Part shown: piece by piece, positions 51,140 to 64,000 of the stretch
Numbering within the stretch: position 1 is the first letter of the stretch
Layout: every line of letters starts with the position of its first letter
DNA from: Phoronis australis
Taxonomy: Eukaryota > Animalia > Phoronida
Direction of reading: 5' to 3'
NCBI GenBank assembly: GCA_002633005.1
Contig: NMRA01000478.1
Coordinates: 188,264 to 252,263 of the forward strand
Length of the DNA stretch: 64,000 nucleotides
Notes under the pieces: model-generated
The model's database searches: none
What the model was told of the DNA's origin: nothing
What the model saw: only the letters and a program-made list of their open reading frames with translations
Translations under genes and position numbers: made by a program

Positions 51140-52410
51140 ATGGCGCCAAACGTCAGCGCATGCGCTCTGCTGACACTGTGCTCGTTCCTCATGCTCCACA
51201 TTGTCCGCGGATATTCTAAGAATGATCAATGGATGTATTAAGAAGTTTCAAACTGTACTGTTATGACTGAGAAAAGCGTAATAATTCTCAACTACTGCAA
51301 CAGGGGTTTATTCACTTTAACAACGACATATTCGTTAAATGTTACCGTCTTTCATATGTGGTCATACCTCGTCTCTTCCGTCCCCGCAGGTGCTTTCTTA
51401 AAACTAAAACACTTGAAAAATCTAGATCTTTCCTACAACCAAGCCTCATTGTCGTTTCACCAAGACAGCCTTTTGGGGTTGAATTCTCTGGACAGTTTGA
51501 GTTTGAACAAGCGGCCGTGCTTTCTCGTTCGATTGTCAGCAGCTCGTCTAGGTTATTTCGACACACCCAGCCCCCTATCTCCAGTTTCTTCGAATGAAAA
51601 AAGTCGTTGTTTGATACCAAATGTGTGAATTTTACGTTTTTAGATTTATCAAAACCTCCCTATCTTTCTGTCACGTGGCTGAGTTTGCCGCTTAGAAGAG
51701 AATTTTCATATTAGAAGCAATAAGACTCTTAAGATTTGAGTGAATCTGCATTCATTATGACTGAAAGTAATTTTCAATCACTTTCATGTCTGAATATTTC
51801 ACATCTAGCATTACGACAACTTCATGTTGATGGATTTAACAAGCATGCACTCTGTCCTGTGTTACAAAATCTCAAGTTTTTATTTTATTTTACGTGCAAC
51901 CACGACTTCGATAACATTGGAGTGAAAATATGTTACTTCTCACCGGTTTGAAAATTCCTCACATCTTGAAGTTCTAGTCATTGACAAAATTTGCAATTAC
52001 GGTGACGTCATTACTCTGACTGCAGAACAGTTTGGTCCACTAAAACGAGTGATGGCACTGTCTTTGCGTCGAAACGCTTCGACATTTGGGACATTTGGAA
52101 TACATCAATCTGGATTACAATATGCTGATGGTACTTAAGCACGGGAATGAAATAGTCAAAGAATTCGGAATGCACGGAAGCTTGAAAGAGTTTTAATTTT
52201 CCCACCAGTACTTGTATTCCCACAACTGACAGATGTTTGTTGGGAAGGCGAGAGGGAAATATTTATGCGTGACTTCTCCAATAAAATAGCCGACAATTCG
52301 AGACTGGAAAATTAAAACATCAATAACCAATCAGTCGATGATTTCTCGAACGACTTGGAGTTCTTTACAAAAAGAATCAGAGTGAATATCACAAACACAG
52401 AGTTACACGA
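51140..52410 (+). pseudogene. Truncated, frameshifted TLR paralog (signal peptide plus N-terminal half of the ectodomain)
   Basis: Colinear with 34411-35660, e.g. tctagatctttcctacaaccaagcctca and gacagatgtttgttgggaag. It has multiple frameshifts and stops and no LRRCT, TM or TIR. It keeps the upstream splice acceptor (tttttcag at 51123-51130). Confidence 0.92.
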
Positions 52411-53493
52411 AACAGATTAGCACGGAACTGGGTGTTCTCGACTACTGGGCACATGGTTGACGGACATCTCAGTGGTTAACCAGTGGTTAAAGTTTACTAA
52501 GGCTTGTAGCATGGTCTTAGACCTAGGGGGTCCATGGAGCAGACATCGAGCAACCAGAAAAAACAGTCAAGTTTCTGGCAAAGTCACGTGAGTTGTCTAG
52601 TCTTAGGTGTCTAAAAATGATGTAAAAATTCGTTTTTTTAATTGTGTACATAATGTTAAAGGAGAATGCCACCCGATTTAAATAGCTTTTGTTACCGTCT
52701 TAATAGGTCTATATCCAGATCAACTCGTATACAGTCGATTTGAAATTGCCGAAAGGTGGTGCGTTAACCTGTGAGGAAGGTGAGTACACGACTCGGCGCC
52801 GTCAGTGGTTTTTCAGCTGAGTTTGTGCCGCTATGGTGCGGCGTATCGTTACCGCTTGTGAGAACCATGAAGCTGCGAGGAAAGCGGCTATATCGTTTTT
52901 TTTCCGGTTTCCTCAAGATCCCAAATGCATTGAATGTGATTCTCGGCAATAAATAACGGGCAGGACGCCGTTAATGCCAAGAATGAGGTCGTGAACTTGT
53001 CCATAATATGTGGCCGGCACTGTTCTGCTTCAAAATGGATAATTCTCAACCCAACCAATGTTTGTATCAAACTGACACAAAGTGTCAAAACAGTCTCAGT
53101 AGATACAATTTGCAATGTCTTAGGAGTGTTCGTCAGTGCAAATGTTTGGAGAAATCAAAAATGAATAAATCATACTGCATTAGCTGCTTCAGATGCAATA
53201 AAACTATAATTGATCGTCGTGTGAGCGCATGCTAATTCAGTGTTTGCTGACAGAAAGCTGCAGTGTAGCTATAACTCGATTTTATATGTTGAGGTCAGAT
53301 CTTCGGGGAATCTTTAATTAGATATATATATATAAAATACACACACACACACACACACACACACTTAAAATCATTGTTATTGTACACCTTTTCATGTTCG
53401 GTGATCTGTTGACGGGGAACCTGGCTTCGCGGCACCCGACGAGTAAGTAGATTTGCAATTTCTCGGCGAATTCACCAAAATATTCACGTGCAC

Positions 53494-55436
53494 CAGTGGC
53501 GGATCTAGGATATCACAAGGGGGAGGCCTAACATTTTGCCTGTAAACATTCGCTAACGCCCCTCGGGCGATAATTCTCCAAAATCCACNCATAGCAGCGA
53601 ATGGGGGGAGGTCGGAAGTGGGGTTTGCCCCCTCCCGCCCAGGAAATTTTTTCTGATTTTTCCTCTAAAAATCCAGCATTTTCCTTTGTTCCTGAAGTAT
53701 TGTCGAAGAAAAAACACGGAGAACGTGTCAAACTTGAAAAAGTAGAATTACCACAGACTCGAACTCACGACCTGACGGATAGAGCGCGCGTGCTTTACCA
53801 CTGCACCAGTACGATTTAACCCGTAATATGATACTAAAAGACCTACTTGTTTATGGTCCACAGCGTTTGCGCGCGAAACCTACTTCTTTTTGTAATGCTT
53901 ATTACACTTTTTTATATTTTGTGCAATCATTTCGTAACAATTTTTTGTATTTAAAATAGTCTTCAATTGCCCATAAGACCAAGTCCGTTTTTTGTGTTTG
54001 CATTAACGACGTGATTGCTTTGGAAGTCGTCTTAAAGTGTACACAACATGACTCTAGTAACTCAAAATAAATTTTATTATTATATCTTACTTGATTTCAG
54101 TGCCTTTAGTGCACAGGTCATAAAGAAACACGCAAAAATTGAAAAAATAATTATGTACAACGTCATGGGTTGAATGCCATACTGTTCGGAACAGAGACAA
54201 AGTGTATAGAGTGAAGTGAAAGCAAAGTACATTTAGCGTCGAGAAGGTTCGTAGGGGGATCAAAAGATCTGTTGCCGGAGGCTGCGGCAATAGCAGCCAG
54301 GCGGAGAACGTCTCGGTGTTCCGAAGGCGGACACCAAGTTGCGCAGAAGTGGCATCGCTTCGTGCGCCGAACGAGAGTGTGGGATCTCATCGTGGACCAA
54401 GTGATTCGGTCCGGGGCCACTCTGTGTTTTGCCCACTTTGAGGACTCGTGTTTCGACTCCAGTCACAGGAGATGTTACGATGAAGGCCTGGTTCAATAAA
54501 GGACAATATTTATCATTCAGAAACATCGGCTCTTAATTCAGGATCGTCTTTTGGATGACTGGGTTGACTCGCCGAGCCCGAGGCCGCTTCTCTCGTGGGA
54601 GGATCCAGTTCGTAAGGCTCAAAGTAGAAAAGTACGCAGCCGGAAGCACATCAAACATGTTCTCGCTTTCGTGCAACCCCATTTCTTCATCCTGGCCACC
54701 ATTCCCGTACGTTTCTTCATAGTATTCATTCAATTCTTGCTCATAATCGTCGTCGCTTTCAAATTCACTGCTCTCCGCTATTGGTCAATGCTAGTCACTG
54801 ATCCCTTGTGTTAAACCCATGACGTCACATGGCGGGAAATGTGAAAATTGGCAAAATTGAAAGAAAAATCAAAATTTCGAGCTAATTACACAAAATAAAC
54901 ATGGGTTTAGCTAAATTTTACGTCATACATTTAGTCTGGCCACCGGTAATTCAAAATGTGCAAAAATCCATGTTGTGTACTGTTTAAGTTAAGGTTTGAC
55001 AAAGAGAGAATTATGAGTTTCTGAGTGATTCACAAAGGCTTCGATTAAAATTCACATCTTACCAGCAGCTTCTGTTTTTTCATCGTCACTCAGATTCCAT
55101 TTTCTTTAAAAATGAAGTAATTTTCTTCATTGCACAGTGAAGCAGACGCCAGAAACGGAGTCGTAATGCGCAGCGCCACTGCCGGTCCCCTGGTGTATCG
55201 CAGGAGAGCCTATACTTAGCCATAGTTCCGTTACGATTGCGCTGTGTTCCGAATTTGACACTTGAAATTGGATCCCCCCAAACATACTAAAATTGCACAT
55301 ATTTAAATCTTGTTTCAGCCGTATAATGTTAATTACCGGGGTTAATTAATATACTCAACATTTCCCTACGCTCTTGCTGTTTTATTTTTTTGCGGCAGCC
55401 AAGGGGGGCCCTTTCTCCCCCCTAAATCCGCCTATA
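53494..55436 (-). mobile_element. Same hAT-like element, copy 2 (inverted), with a nested Kolobok derivative
   Basis: Reverse complement of 9345-10299 once 54036-54983 is removed; TSD TGCAC/TGCGC. Confidence 0.85.
54036..54983. mobile_element. Kolobok derivative family C
   Basis: TTAA TSD (empty site at 60730 and 9770); TIR gtacacaacatg; THAP relic (+; VAGGCGN...KWHRFVRRTR...LCFAHFEDSCF) facing an acidic YFEP-containing KolX-like relic (-). Confidence 0.82.
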
Positions 55437-56189
55437 TGCGCGTTATTTCTTTGGTTCACTAGTCTAGTGTTTTCGTGACTGGAAGTTTGGTTTTCAGCTT
55501 TCGCAGGTTAATGTTCGTTATGTCTCCAGTCCCCACCGCGACGGGTTATAACGAATGTTAGAACCTGTGACGTTATTGGTTTATTTTAGCACCTCCGTCT
55601 GGTGTTATTGAGTGGAAATGCGGGATCTAATTGATACAAAATACGTTGTTTCTTTTGGTTGAACTCAGTATCATCATAATCAGTGTAATAGAAGGACGAG
55701 TATACAGTGTATAAGATAAGTTTTGTTTCAGTTCTTTGGATTTACTACGAACTAAACACCAGCATATATGAAGAATGATGTGTTGCCGAGACTTCTCCGA
55801 CATCAACGTGGAATTAAAAGTAAAAGTAAAAGACGATCGCGACGACTAGACCAATTGGTGTCCTTTTGGGAGGCCAAACTTCGTTCCTGAGATGCTCGGT
55901 CTCCTTTTTATGACTAATCATAGGCCGTAAGAGATCGCTGTCGTCTGATGTCTACTTTTTTAGTGTAAGCAGTGTGTCCGAGGGCACATTTGAGGGTACG
56001 AAAATAACGTTTACAGACCTTGCTACACCGAGACTAGGCTAGGCGACGTGCTTTATCCAAACCAAGTAGTAAGTCAAATCTAGAATTCATAAAGACATGC
56101 CCACGTTAATTGGGAGTGTAAATCTTTGTTTGAAAGGTCTGCCCCTGTAATTACGGTGTCAGGTAGACTGTATTAAAATATCGGAAGGT

Positions 56190-57635
56190 GCGCCAGGTTT
56201 TATTTTTAAAGTGTTACAAGATATGTATTAAAATGTTAAACAAAAATTAAACGCGTCTTAGGAGTTACTGACCATGCGTTTGAATATTACTGACCATGAT
56301 GCATTTGAATGTATAACGGGTGTCAGATAGAGCTGTTGTATGATTAGCTCTTATGTTATTTTCAAAGTATAGTAATGAACTAGCAACTGAAGTACAGACT
56401 GATAGAAACACTGGTATTCGGGTAAATCAAGCTTTAGAAAATGTATTCTTGTTACTTTTTGCAGATGAAATCACCTTGACACTTTAGTGTAACTTCAGAG
56501 AAGGCTTGATCCATTGGAAAATATCTGTGAATAGTGGTCTTTGAAGAGGTGGGACCCTTAAAAATAATGAAAATGGTTCTATAACGGAGCTAGGTTAAAT
56601 TGATGCAGCTACTATAAATACCTGGGAATTGTTTTCTCGTGCAGGCTGAGTTGGACGATGTGTTGCAAAATACTTGCCCAACGGGCAAGAAGGCCCTTAG
56701 TTTAGTCAAGTCTGATACAAAATGTGACCAAATAAAAATGTGAAAATAGAATAGAATTTATTGTTTCATGGTGCAACGTTGTTGGGTACAACCAACAGGA
56801 AGGAAATAGAAAGTGTTCAGCTGGTCTTTTGTAAACGGTTATTACAAATTATCCAGACAACAAATGTTATTGCATAAGGTGAATGTGGAGGTTTTAATTT
56901 GTGTGTGACATATATGTGCAATCCCATTAAGTACTATTTGAAATTGCTGAAAATGAATGACGATAGATTTTCAAGACAATGATACACAAGGTTGGATGAA
57001 AACGATTTCAAAGATAAAAACTGAGAATTGGTGTGTCTTGGTGAAAAATGCATTGTTTACAACTGATTTTGACTGTGTTTGGTTGCAAGAAGGAATTGGT
57101 GATGAAATGAGCTTTTTAATTTCTTTTAAGCAAAGACATAGGAATATGAATTTTCAATTGCAGTCGTATTCACTTGCAAATACGGATAGAGGTGACTTTT
57201 ACCGTTCAAATAAATTTTAATGATCGTGCTAAAAGTATTTATGTGGTAGCCTGTCTATCAATAAAATATTTGCAATAGCGAATTTGAGGTGTTCGACTCA
57301 CCATCTTATGACTGACTTGGGTAGAAAGTGCACCTCGACCTGAAAGAATTTGCAAAACTTGTAACATCGGTGAAATTGAAACTGAGATACACTTTTTGTT
57401 TGACTGTCCTGTCCTTGCAGACCCACGGGAATATCTACTACGACAATGTATTGTAAGAAAAAGAAGCATTAGGTTCACACTGTACGTATGTTTTAAGAAA
57501 TGCAGCATACCTCAATCAACAAGCGATGGCAATTAAGAGCGAAATTATGAGTATTTGATGAATTGGCGGGAGTATAGTTTTTGTATAGTAATATAGTGAA
57601 CTTTGAGTGCATGGCCCTATGAGTTTTGAATTAAA
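56190..57635 (+). mobile_element. Old degenerate LINE (RT to 3' end)
   Basis: VFLLLFADE, YYKYLGIVFS and ICKTCNIGEIETEIHFLFDCP, with many stops. Its 3' tail is also present at 11095-11270. Confidence 0.85.
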
Positions 57636-60600
57636 CTTTCGTTTTTGTTTGTTTCTTTGAAACACAAAGCGTAAGAGAATGCACTGTCTGCACGGCGGAT
57701 GATCGGGGTGAGTTGAGTGTAATTTGTAAACGCAACTAAAGGACGACGATAATTGTTTGGGAGAAAAAGGAGGTTGATGAGAAATGAGTTGCTGTCATTG
57801 AGAAAAGTGAGCTGTTTGTAGAAACTGAATTGCGGGTTAGTGAGAAAAGACCCTCACCTCGCCATAGAAGTTGCTTACAAATGTCCCCACTCTCTAAATG
57901 TGGGAATATACTAATTTTCCAGTTGCACCTGCCTACCATGAAACTTACTACATTCTGTCTGTCACCAATAAGTCGGGCAATGAGCCGCCGTCGTTGAAAA
58001 CTGAGCGTAAATATTTACAATAAGCGTGACAGCAATAAGTGACTGACTTATCACGGTTGATCAGGAGATTCTTGAGTTACTGAAATTTGACAGGATTTAA
58101 CTCCCACCAGTTCCAGTGTATAACAACACTATCGACAGACCGCAATAGACGCGACAGACATTTATACTAAGAGAAAACAATTTAAATGATTAAGTACGAT
58201 ACGACAGGTTGAAAACTGTCAGCGAAATGCTAGATAACAGTTATTTTTAGCAATATTAACGTAATCGACCAGTTCGCAGAACTAAGATGAGTCACCGTTT
58301 ATCAATGTTTGTATATGAAACAGGTAGGCCTTCCCAACAAGTCAAGGTGTGAGGCCTCAACAGGTAGACAGCAACAGGTATTTATAGAAACCCTTATTAA
58401 AAGGCTCATGAACCGCCTTCTATCACAAAAAATCAGCTTACCAAATTCCAAATTAATTGTTCTCCACTGATTGTGTTCTTGGTTACTGTTTTGCCCAAAT
58501 TTTCCTAAATCTGCCCAAATTTTCCAAAATATTTGCCCGAACTTTGAGGATTGGACGCCCTACCCTGCGCCTGGCGACTCTTAAGTAATAGTAGTGTAAA
58601 TCACCTAACGACTGCAATCTGCTGTGTCCGGAAGTCACCACTTGCATGAAATAATGAATCAGACAGCGCGTTCAGGCATCTGGGTCACGCCACAGGCTGC
58701 AAGGCCATATTTGTTGTTTGTTCGTGTAGTGACTGGCAGCAAAAAGAACGTGTCAGCTAAAAGATAGAATAGGAGACTGGGTGTCGAACTGTTACAGAGA
58801 ATTGGTTAGAATTAGAAGCTGGCCAGTAGTGTCAAGACAAAGTAGGTAAGTGGTTGACTGACTGAATGAGAGGTCAAGAGGTCTCGTGTCCTGTCTAGCG
58901 GTACGATTTACAGCCGTGGGTGACACCATGCACAAGTATCAGTGGTAGAGGTAGTAATACTTGTAGTAGTAAAGGTTTGTTTCACGTCAGTATGGTTTAC
59001 AAACAGATAAAACATTAGCACACGTGATAGTCTCCGACAGAAATCGAGGAAGAAACAAGTTTTTGGAGAACTATGTATCTAGATAGAGACGTATGGTTAA
59101 CTTGTTCCTAGCTTATAACGTCACAATCCTATACGAGTCACCAGAACGGTGTTAATATCCTACAAAGTTATTTAGATCCTTTATGTTGCGTACATTAAAT
59201 TCCACAGCCTAAAACCTATGTATACTGTAGCTCCTGCATTTTGGCCATTTGTCTGATATTAGTCTGGGATGCTGCTTAATTCCTGATACACGCTATGCTT
59301 CATCTCATAACATTTACTATAGTTCATGGACCAATCTTTTATGTGTTTACAAATGTCAGTGCTCAACATTTTATTACATAGACTATCATGTGTTTTACAT
59401 TTTGCCCTGAATAACACATTTTTATAAAATGAATTAAGCATTGAACACATAGCGTAGGGCGTGTAAATGGGTACATTCTACTGTCTTACTGTTTTGATTT
59501 CCACATTGGAACCATTGTAAAGAGTTATCCACTGTACATTTCAAAGCTACACAGTAGCTGTTTGTGTCCTTTTTATCTATCAGGAAACTTATATGCAAAT
59601 TTAAGATGGATGATTGGAGAAATTAGTTCATCACATGTTTTTAAATGTCTGCAACCTGAATTTTTACAAACGGCATCAAGGTTCAATTAATATATGTATA
59701 GTTGTGGATGAATGTCAAGCTAAATTCCTCACAGCAACTGTGAGTGATCCTTGTCCTAAATTATGTGTCTTTGTTGGGTAGAAATCTTCTGAACCATTGA
59801 AATATTTCCCTGCTGGTTTAATTAGTTAATAACGTCAGTGGTTCATTTTGTGTTACTGTTGCTCCCTGTTATTTTTTATTTTGGTAACACTTTTGGTTTT
59901 TAGAATTGAAAAATATTTTTTAAATTTGTCAGGTGTGAGAAATGATCATTATTTATCTATTAAATCATTTATCTTTCGCTTCTGGTGTAATTATACACCA
60001 TCAACAACTGATAGATGAACTCTAGACAAGACTGTGGTATAATTCGGTTGAAAAACGGCGGAGTTGCGAAAAGTTTTAGTTGACAGTAAATTCCATACAT
60101 ATCAAGAACTAACACCGGACAAGCTAATTAAAGTATTCCACGCATGCGCGGCGCAACCATAAACAACGCAAGATCAAAGTTAGTATTCCAGGACTGGAGT
60201 ATTATGATGCTACCCAGATTACTGCCCAGTCAACATGACGATTGTGCCAGTGCACGTACTGACACTCGGTGACAGTTCAGTCATTCTTTCATAATTCTCC
60301 GCCTTTTGCATAGGCGGATTTAGGGGGGCCCAACCCCCCCCCCTTGGCTGCACAAAATAAAACACCAAGAGCGTAGGGAAATGTTGAGTTTATTAATTAA
60401 CCTCGGTAATTAACATTATACAGCTGAAACAAGATTTAAATGTGTGCAGTTTTAGTGTTTTTGGGAGGGCTGAGATCCAGTTTCAAGTGTCAAATTCGGA
60501 ACACGGGGCAATCGTAACGGAACTATGGCTAAGTATAGGCTCTCCATCGATATCCCAGGCGACCGGCAGTGGCGCTGCGCACTACGACTCCGTTACTGTT

Positions 60601-63600
60601 ACTTCATTTTTTAAAGAAAATGGAATCTGAGTGACGATGAAAAAACAAAAGCTGCGGGTAAAATGTGAATTTTAATCGAAGCCTTTGTGAATCACTCAGA
60701 AACTCATAATTCTCTCTTTGTCAAACTTTAACTTAAGACAATTTCCAAAGCAATCGCGCCATTAATGCTAACGCAAAAAACGGATTTGGTATTTTGGGCA
60801 ATTGAAGAATATTTTAAATACATCAAATTTGATACGAACTGATTGCACAAAATATAAAAAGTATAATAAGTATTACAAAAAGAAGTAGGTTTCGCGCGCA
60901 AACGCTGTGGACCATAAACAAATAGGTCTCTTAGTAACAAAATTGTGAGTGAAGTCGTGGTAGTGCAGTGGTAAAGCATGCGCGCTCAATCTGCCACGTC
61001 GTGAGTTCGAGTCTGTGGTAAATGCAGTTTTTCAAGTTTGACACGTTCTCTTTGTTTTTTTCTTTGATAACTTTTCAGGATCAAGGAAAATGCTTTATTT
61101 TCAGAGGAAAAAACAGAAAAATTTTCCTGGGCGGGAGGGGGTTTGCAATCCTCCCCCCATTCGGTGCCATGCGCATCTACAATCGTGCTTTGCGCAAATG
61201 TTTACAGAAAAAATGTTGGGCCCTCTTGTGCTATCCTGGATCCGCCACTGTTTTGTAACAAAGAAAAGCCAGTCAGCGTTTTCAAAACAGAGCGCTCGTG
61301 ACACAGGCACGGGTCATTCCCTAAAGTTTTGTAACATCTCTCGGAAGATGGTGACATACTTCGCAGCATTGTTCTAGAATTCGGTTCGCTGGTATTAAAT
61401 TACTTTTAAAAAACTTGTATCGAGATGAGAGAAGTTTCGATAATTTGTTGCGACATGTACTCAATCCCGCGGAAGAGAAGAACAGTTGATCGAAGAATGG
61501 TCGAACGAAGCTGGCCAATAGGTGACGGCCCCGAAAGCCGACGTCAGACGCGCGTTAGGGAATGGGAATTAACATTCGAAAGAATAAAAAGATGTGATTT
61601 TAGATATAGACTTTATTCATCAATTAAATTAAACAAAAATGCATGTTTTTACACTTCAGTAACATTTAAATATTAAAATTCATCGGCATTTCATGCACTC
61701 CAAAATTTAAGCACAGGTGGTTCTCTGGAAGGAATTGGACTTAGTGATGATTCTGAATATTTTGGGAATGGCATAACATCAACCTTGTGACAATTAAATG
61801 GTTTTCCTTTGAAAACTGCAGGTTTAAACAACTCTCCGTATCCCTTCGTATCACATGGGAAATGCACGTGGATTGGTTTGTTTACTATACCTAATTACAT
61901 ATTCAGAATGGTGGCTGAAGCTGTCGACCCGTAAAATTGGCTTTAGTGACTATTTCAACCGTGGTAGGCGTGGTAGGTTATTTGCCTGCGAGTCGTGACT
62001 GTCAGACACAAGAGGGAGGAAAGCTTTGCAACGGACGATATTGACTGTTGTCTGTGGTTGAAACCAAACCGGAGTCTTTTATAGTGTCGACGTCAAGTAT
62101 CGATGTTTCAAGGTATTCAGCCGGTCGGGTATGAACGTTTAACTTTTGGATCGAAATAACAGGTCCGTGGCCAGGTAAACGCATATGTAAATACCTGTTG
62201 GTAGAGATTTTATTCAAATTAACATGAGTGTGCAACGACCCACAACTGTTTTCGCTTGTCATGCCATAGTGCAGTGCCCCACGGAACTAGTGCCCGTAGG
62301 ATAAGTTTTTCTCTCACCCCACCAATGAGAAAGAGGCAACATTCCACTTGAGAGCTAAATGTTATCTGCTTGAGTTCCAAAAGTGCTTCCAGCCAGTTTT
62401 AGTAGTCGATATCTTACAATCAGATAATTTCACCCGAGCCCTTACCTAGCCCTTGTGTTGCCAAGTGGAGGCACTGTACGAGGCCCAAGGATGAAGCGCA
62501 ATGTACTGAGGGACAAGGCCAATCAGCGGAGGCCGCCAAATGTACCAAACCCGGTTTTACCTTATTAACAAATTTACCCATTAAATTCCCTGAAACAAAA
62601 TAACCCTCGACAATCCTGAAAAGTTTGGAGGCCATTAGAAAGCTCCTCTCGAAGTTTGCGTGACCTATGGTTTTATCGCATTACAAAGGAACTCTGTGGA
62701 AAGGCCACCAACAAGAACCATAATATCCAATCTGTGACTTAGATAGTGTAAGTTTTTAGTCGATTCTTGTTTTAATCTTTCACGTGTGACGCCAATGATG
62801 CATAGGTATGCGACAGAACTAGGATTGGCTGCTCGTCAAAACAGGGTTAGTGTCCTTTTAATTTTAGGGATGTTATAGTACGGAACCTTCAGCGATTAAA
62901 AATGCCTTTGAATTGTCCACTCGATTACGCGTAGCGAGAGCTTGAAACGGCACCTGTATCATATTCTTAGGACCAATATAGAGGGAAATGTTAAGGCCTG
63001 TGAACGATTTTGTTGAAAAACTACGTGTTCTTTTTCTGACATTACGCCAACGAGAGAAGTGTCAATACTTTTCAAACTCCTTTTTGACGAAACTGTGTGC
63101 AACGTCATCATTTACCAACCGAATTGCAGAAAAGTGCCATTTTTAAGGTTCTCGCGCTTTTGTTGGTTAGTATTCAAACATGAAGATACGGTTAAAATCA
63201 TGTTTGTTCGGTGCAAAGTTCGTCCATTCCCGTGAGAGGTTATCCTGCACATGATGCACATATATACACGTTATAACGGCGTACAGAAAATAACGAATTG
63301 TATCGAATGACCGTGGTTGAAATAATGTAATTATAGACAATTCCTTAGCACGAATATTTACAACATTTCATAATTTTCATATCAAGCAGGTTACAACAAT
63401 GCGTGTCGTAAACGTTGTTAAGTCTGGTCATGACGCCACCTGTCACTACATCGCGTGACCTAATCGAGAATGTGTCAAGAATATTCAGTCAGTAGGCCTA
63501 TTGACCTATATCATTTAAAGCCATATTCCAAATAATAGCCCTTATACGTTAAAAATAACAAGCACCTAGCTCTAATTCCACTGTGGAATTAACATTGATG

Positions 63601-64000
63601 ACAATTATGATTACTCTAATGATAAATGAACAGGACACACATTTAGTAGTGTAACCATGATACTGTTTTCCATGATAGGGCCGGTACCTCAAGGACTTAC
63701 GTAATGAGAGGGGAAACCACACCTTGTCGGGAAACCATATATTTCATGGGATTCATAAATGTGCGTGAAGTAATGCTCCTAAAAGATATTTGGTATAACT
63801 TTTAGGAAACTTATTCAATCCTAATAAAAATACCTCTCAAGGCAGTATTGAAATGCACTTGTCAATTCGTGGCTCTTGACTAAATGTCCTGGTACGTTAT
63901 TTTCTGTGGTTTATGATGTCAAATCTGTGCATGCGCAATGGCGACCGGATGCACAATGTCGCAGGTCAAGCAGCGGCAACTGAAGTGTTTGATCGGGTAG
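57470..64000 (+). repeat. Segmental/tandem duplicate of 11095-12676 + 17143-18737 + 24438-24500 and 29485-29713
   Basis: Long colinear direct matches, e.g. atcaatgtttgtatatgaaacaggtaggccttcccaacaagtca at 11857 and 58301, and caagcagcggcaactgaagtg at 29680 and 63967. The middle part (61.3-63.7 kb) has no match that I could verify. Confidence 0.88.
60309..61250 (+). mobile_element. Same hAT-like element, copy 3
   Basis: cataggcggattt...gatccgccactg; perfect TSD TTTTG. Confidence 0.9.

Larger units (their letters stand above)
52660..55660 (+). mobile_element. Kolobok family B, copy 3 (right TIR decayed), hosting the hAT-like element
   Basis: Starts ttaa|aggagaatgccacccg. Homology to the 47502 copy resumes after 55436 and ends at gatctaattgatacaaaatacgttgttt. 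Confidence 0.75.

Noticed and set aside
61300-63700. Short ORFs and possible TE relic
   Set aside because: No recognisable domain, termini or second copy.

Overview
AT-rich, repeat-dense eukaryotic DNA that reads like a marine invertebrate draft assembly, with a 715-N gap and several single-N joins. The only clear host gene is a single-coding-exon, single-cysteine-cluster Toll-like receptor (34411-37083). A truncated, frameshifted paralog lies at 51140-52410. A diverged direct duplication (about 11.1-29.7 kb versus 57.5-64 kb) predicts another TLR just past the right edge. The rest is mostly nested transposons, and many of their ends can be fixed because an empty-site copy exists in the window. 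These include Kolobok-type TTAA elements with convergent THAP and KolX-like ORFs, a Chapaev-type element, Harbinger-type elements, hAT MITEs with 5-bp and 8-bp TSDs, a hAT transposase relic, LINE fragments and a solo LTR. The most novel-looking item is a DNA transposon family with (A)CCAGGAAGAGATAACCAGGAA termini and a 3-bp (or 5-bp) TSD. It appears linked to an intron-containing, P-element-related transposase relic and fits no superfamily terminus/TSD rule I know. All family assignments come from motif recognition by eye, without database searches.
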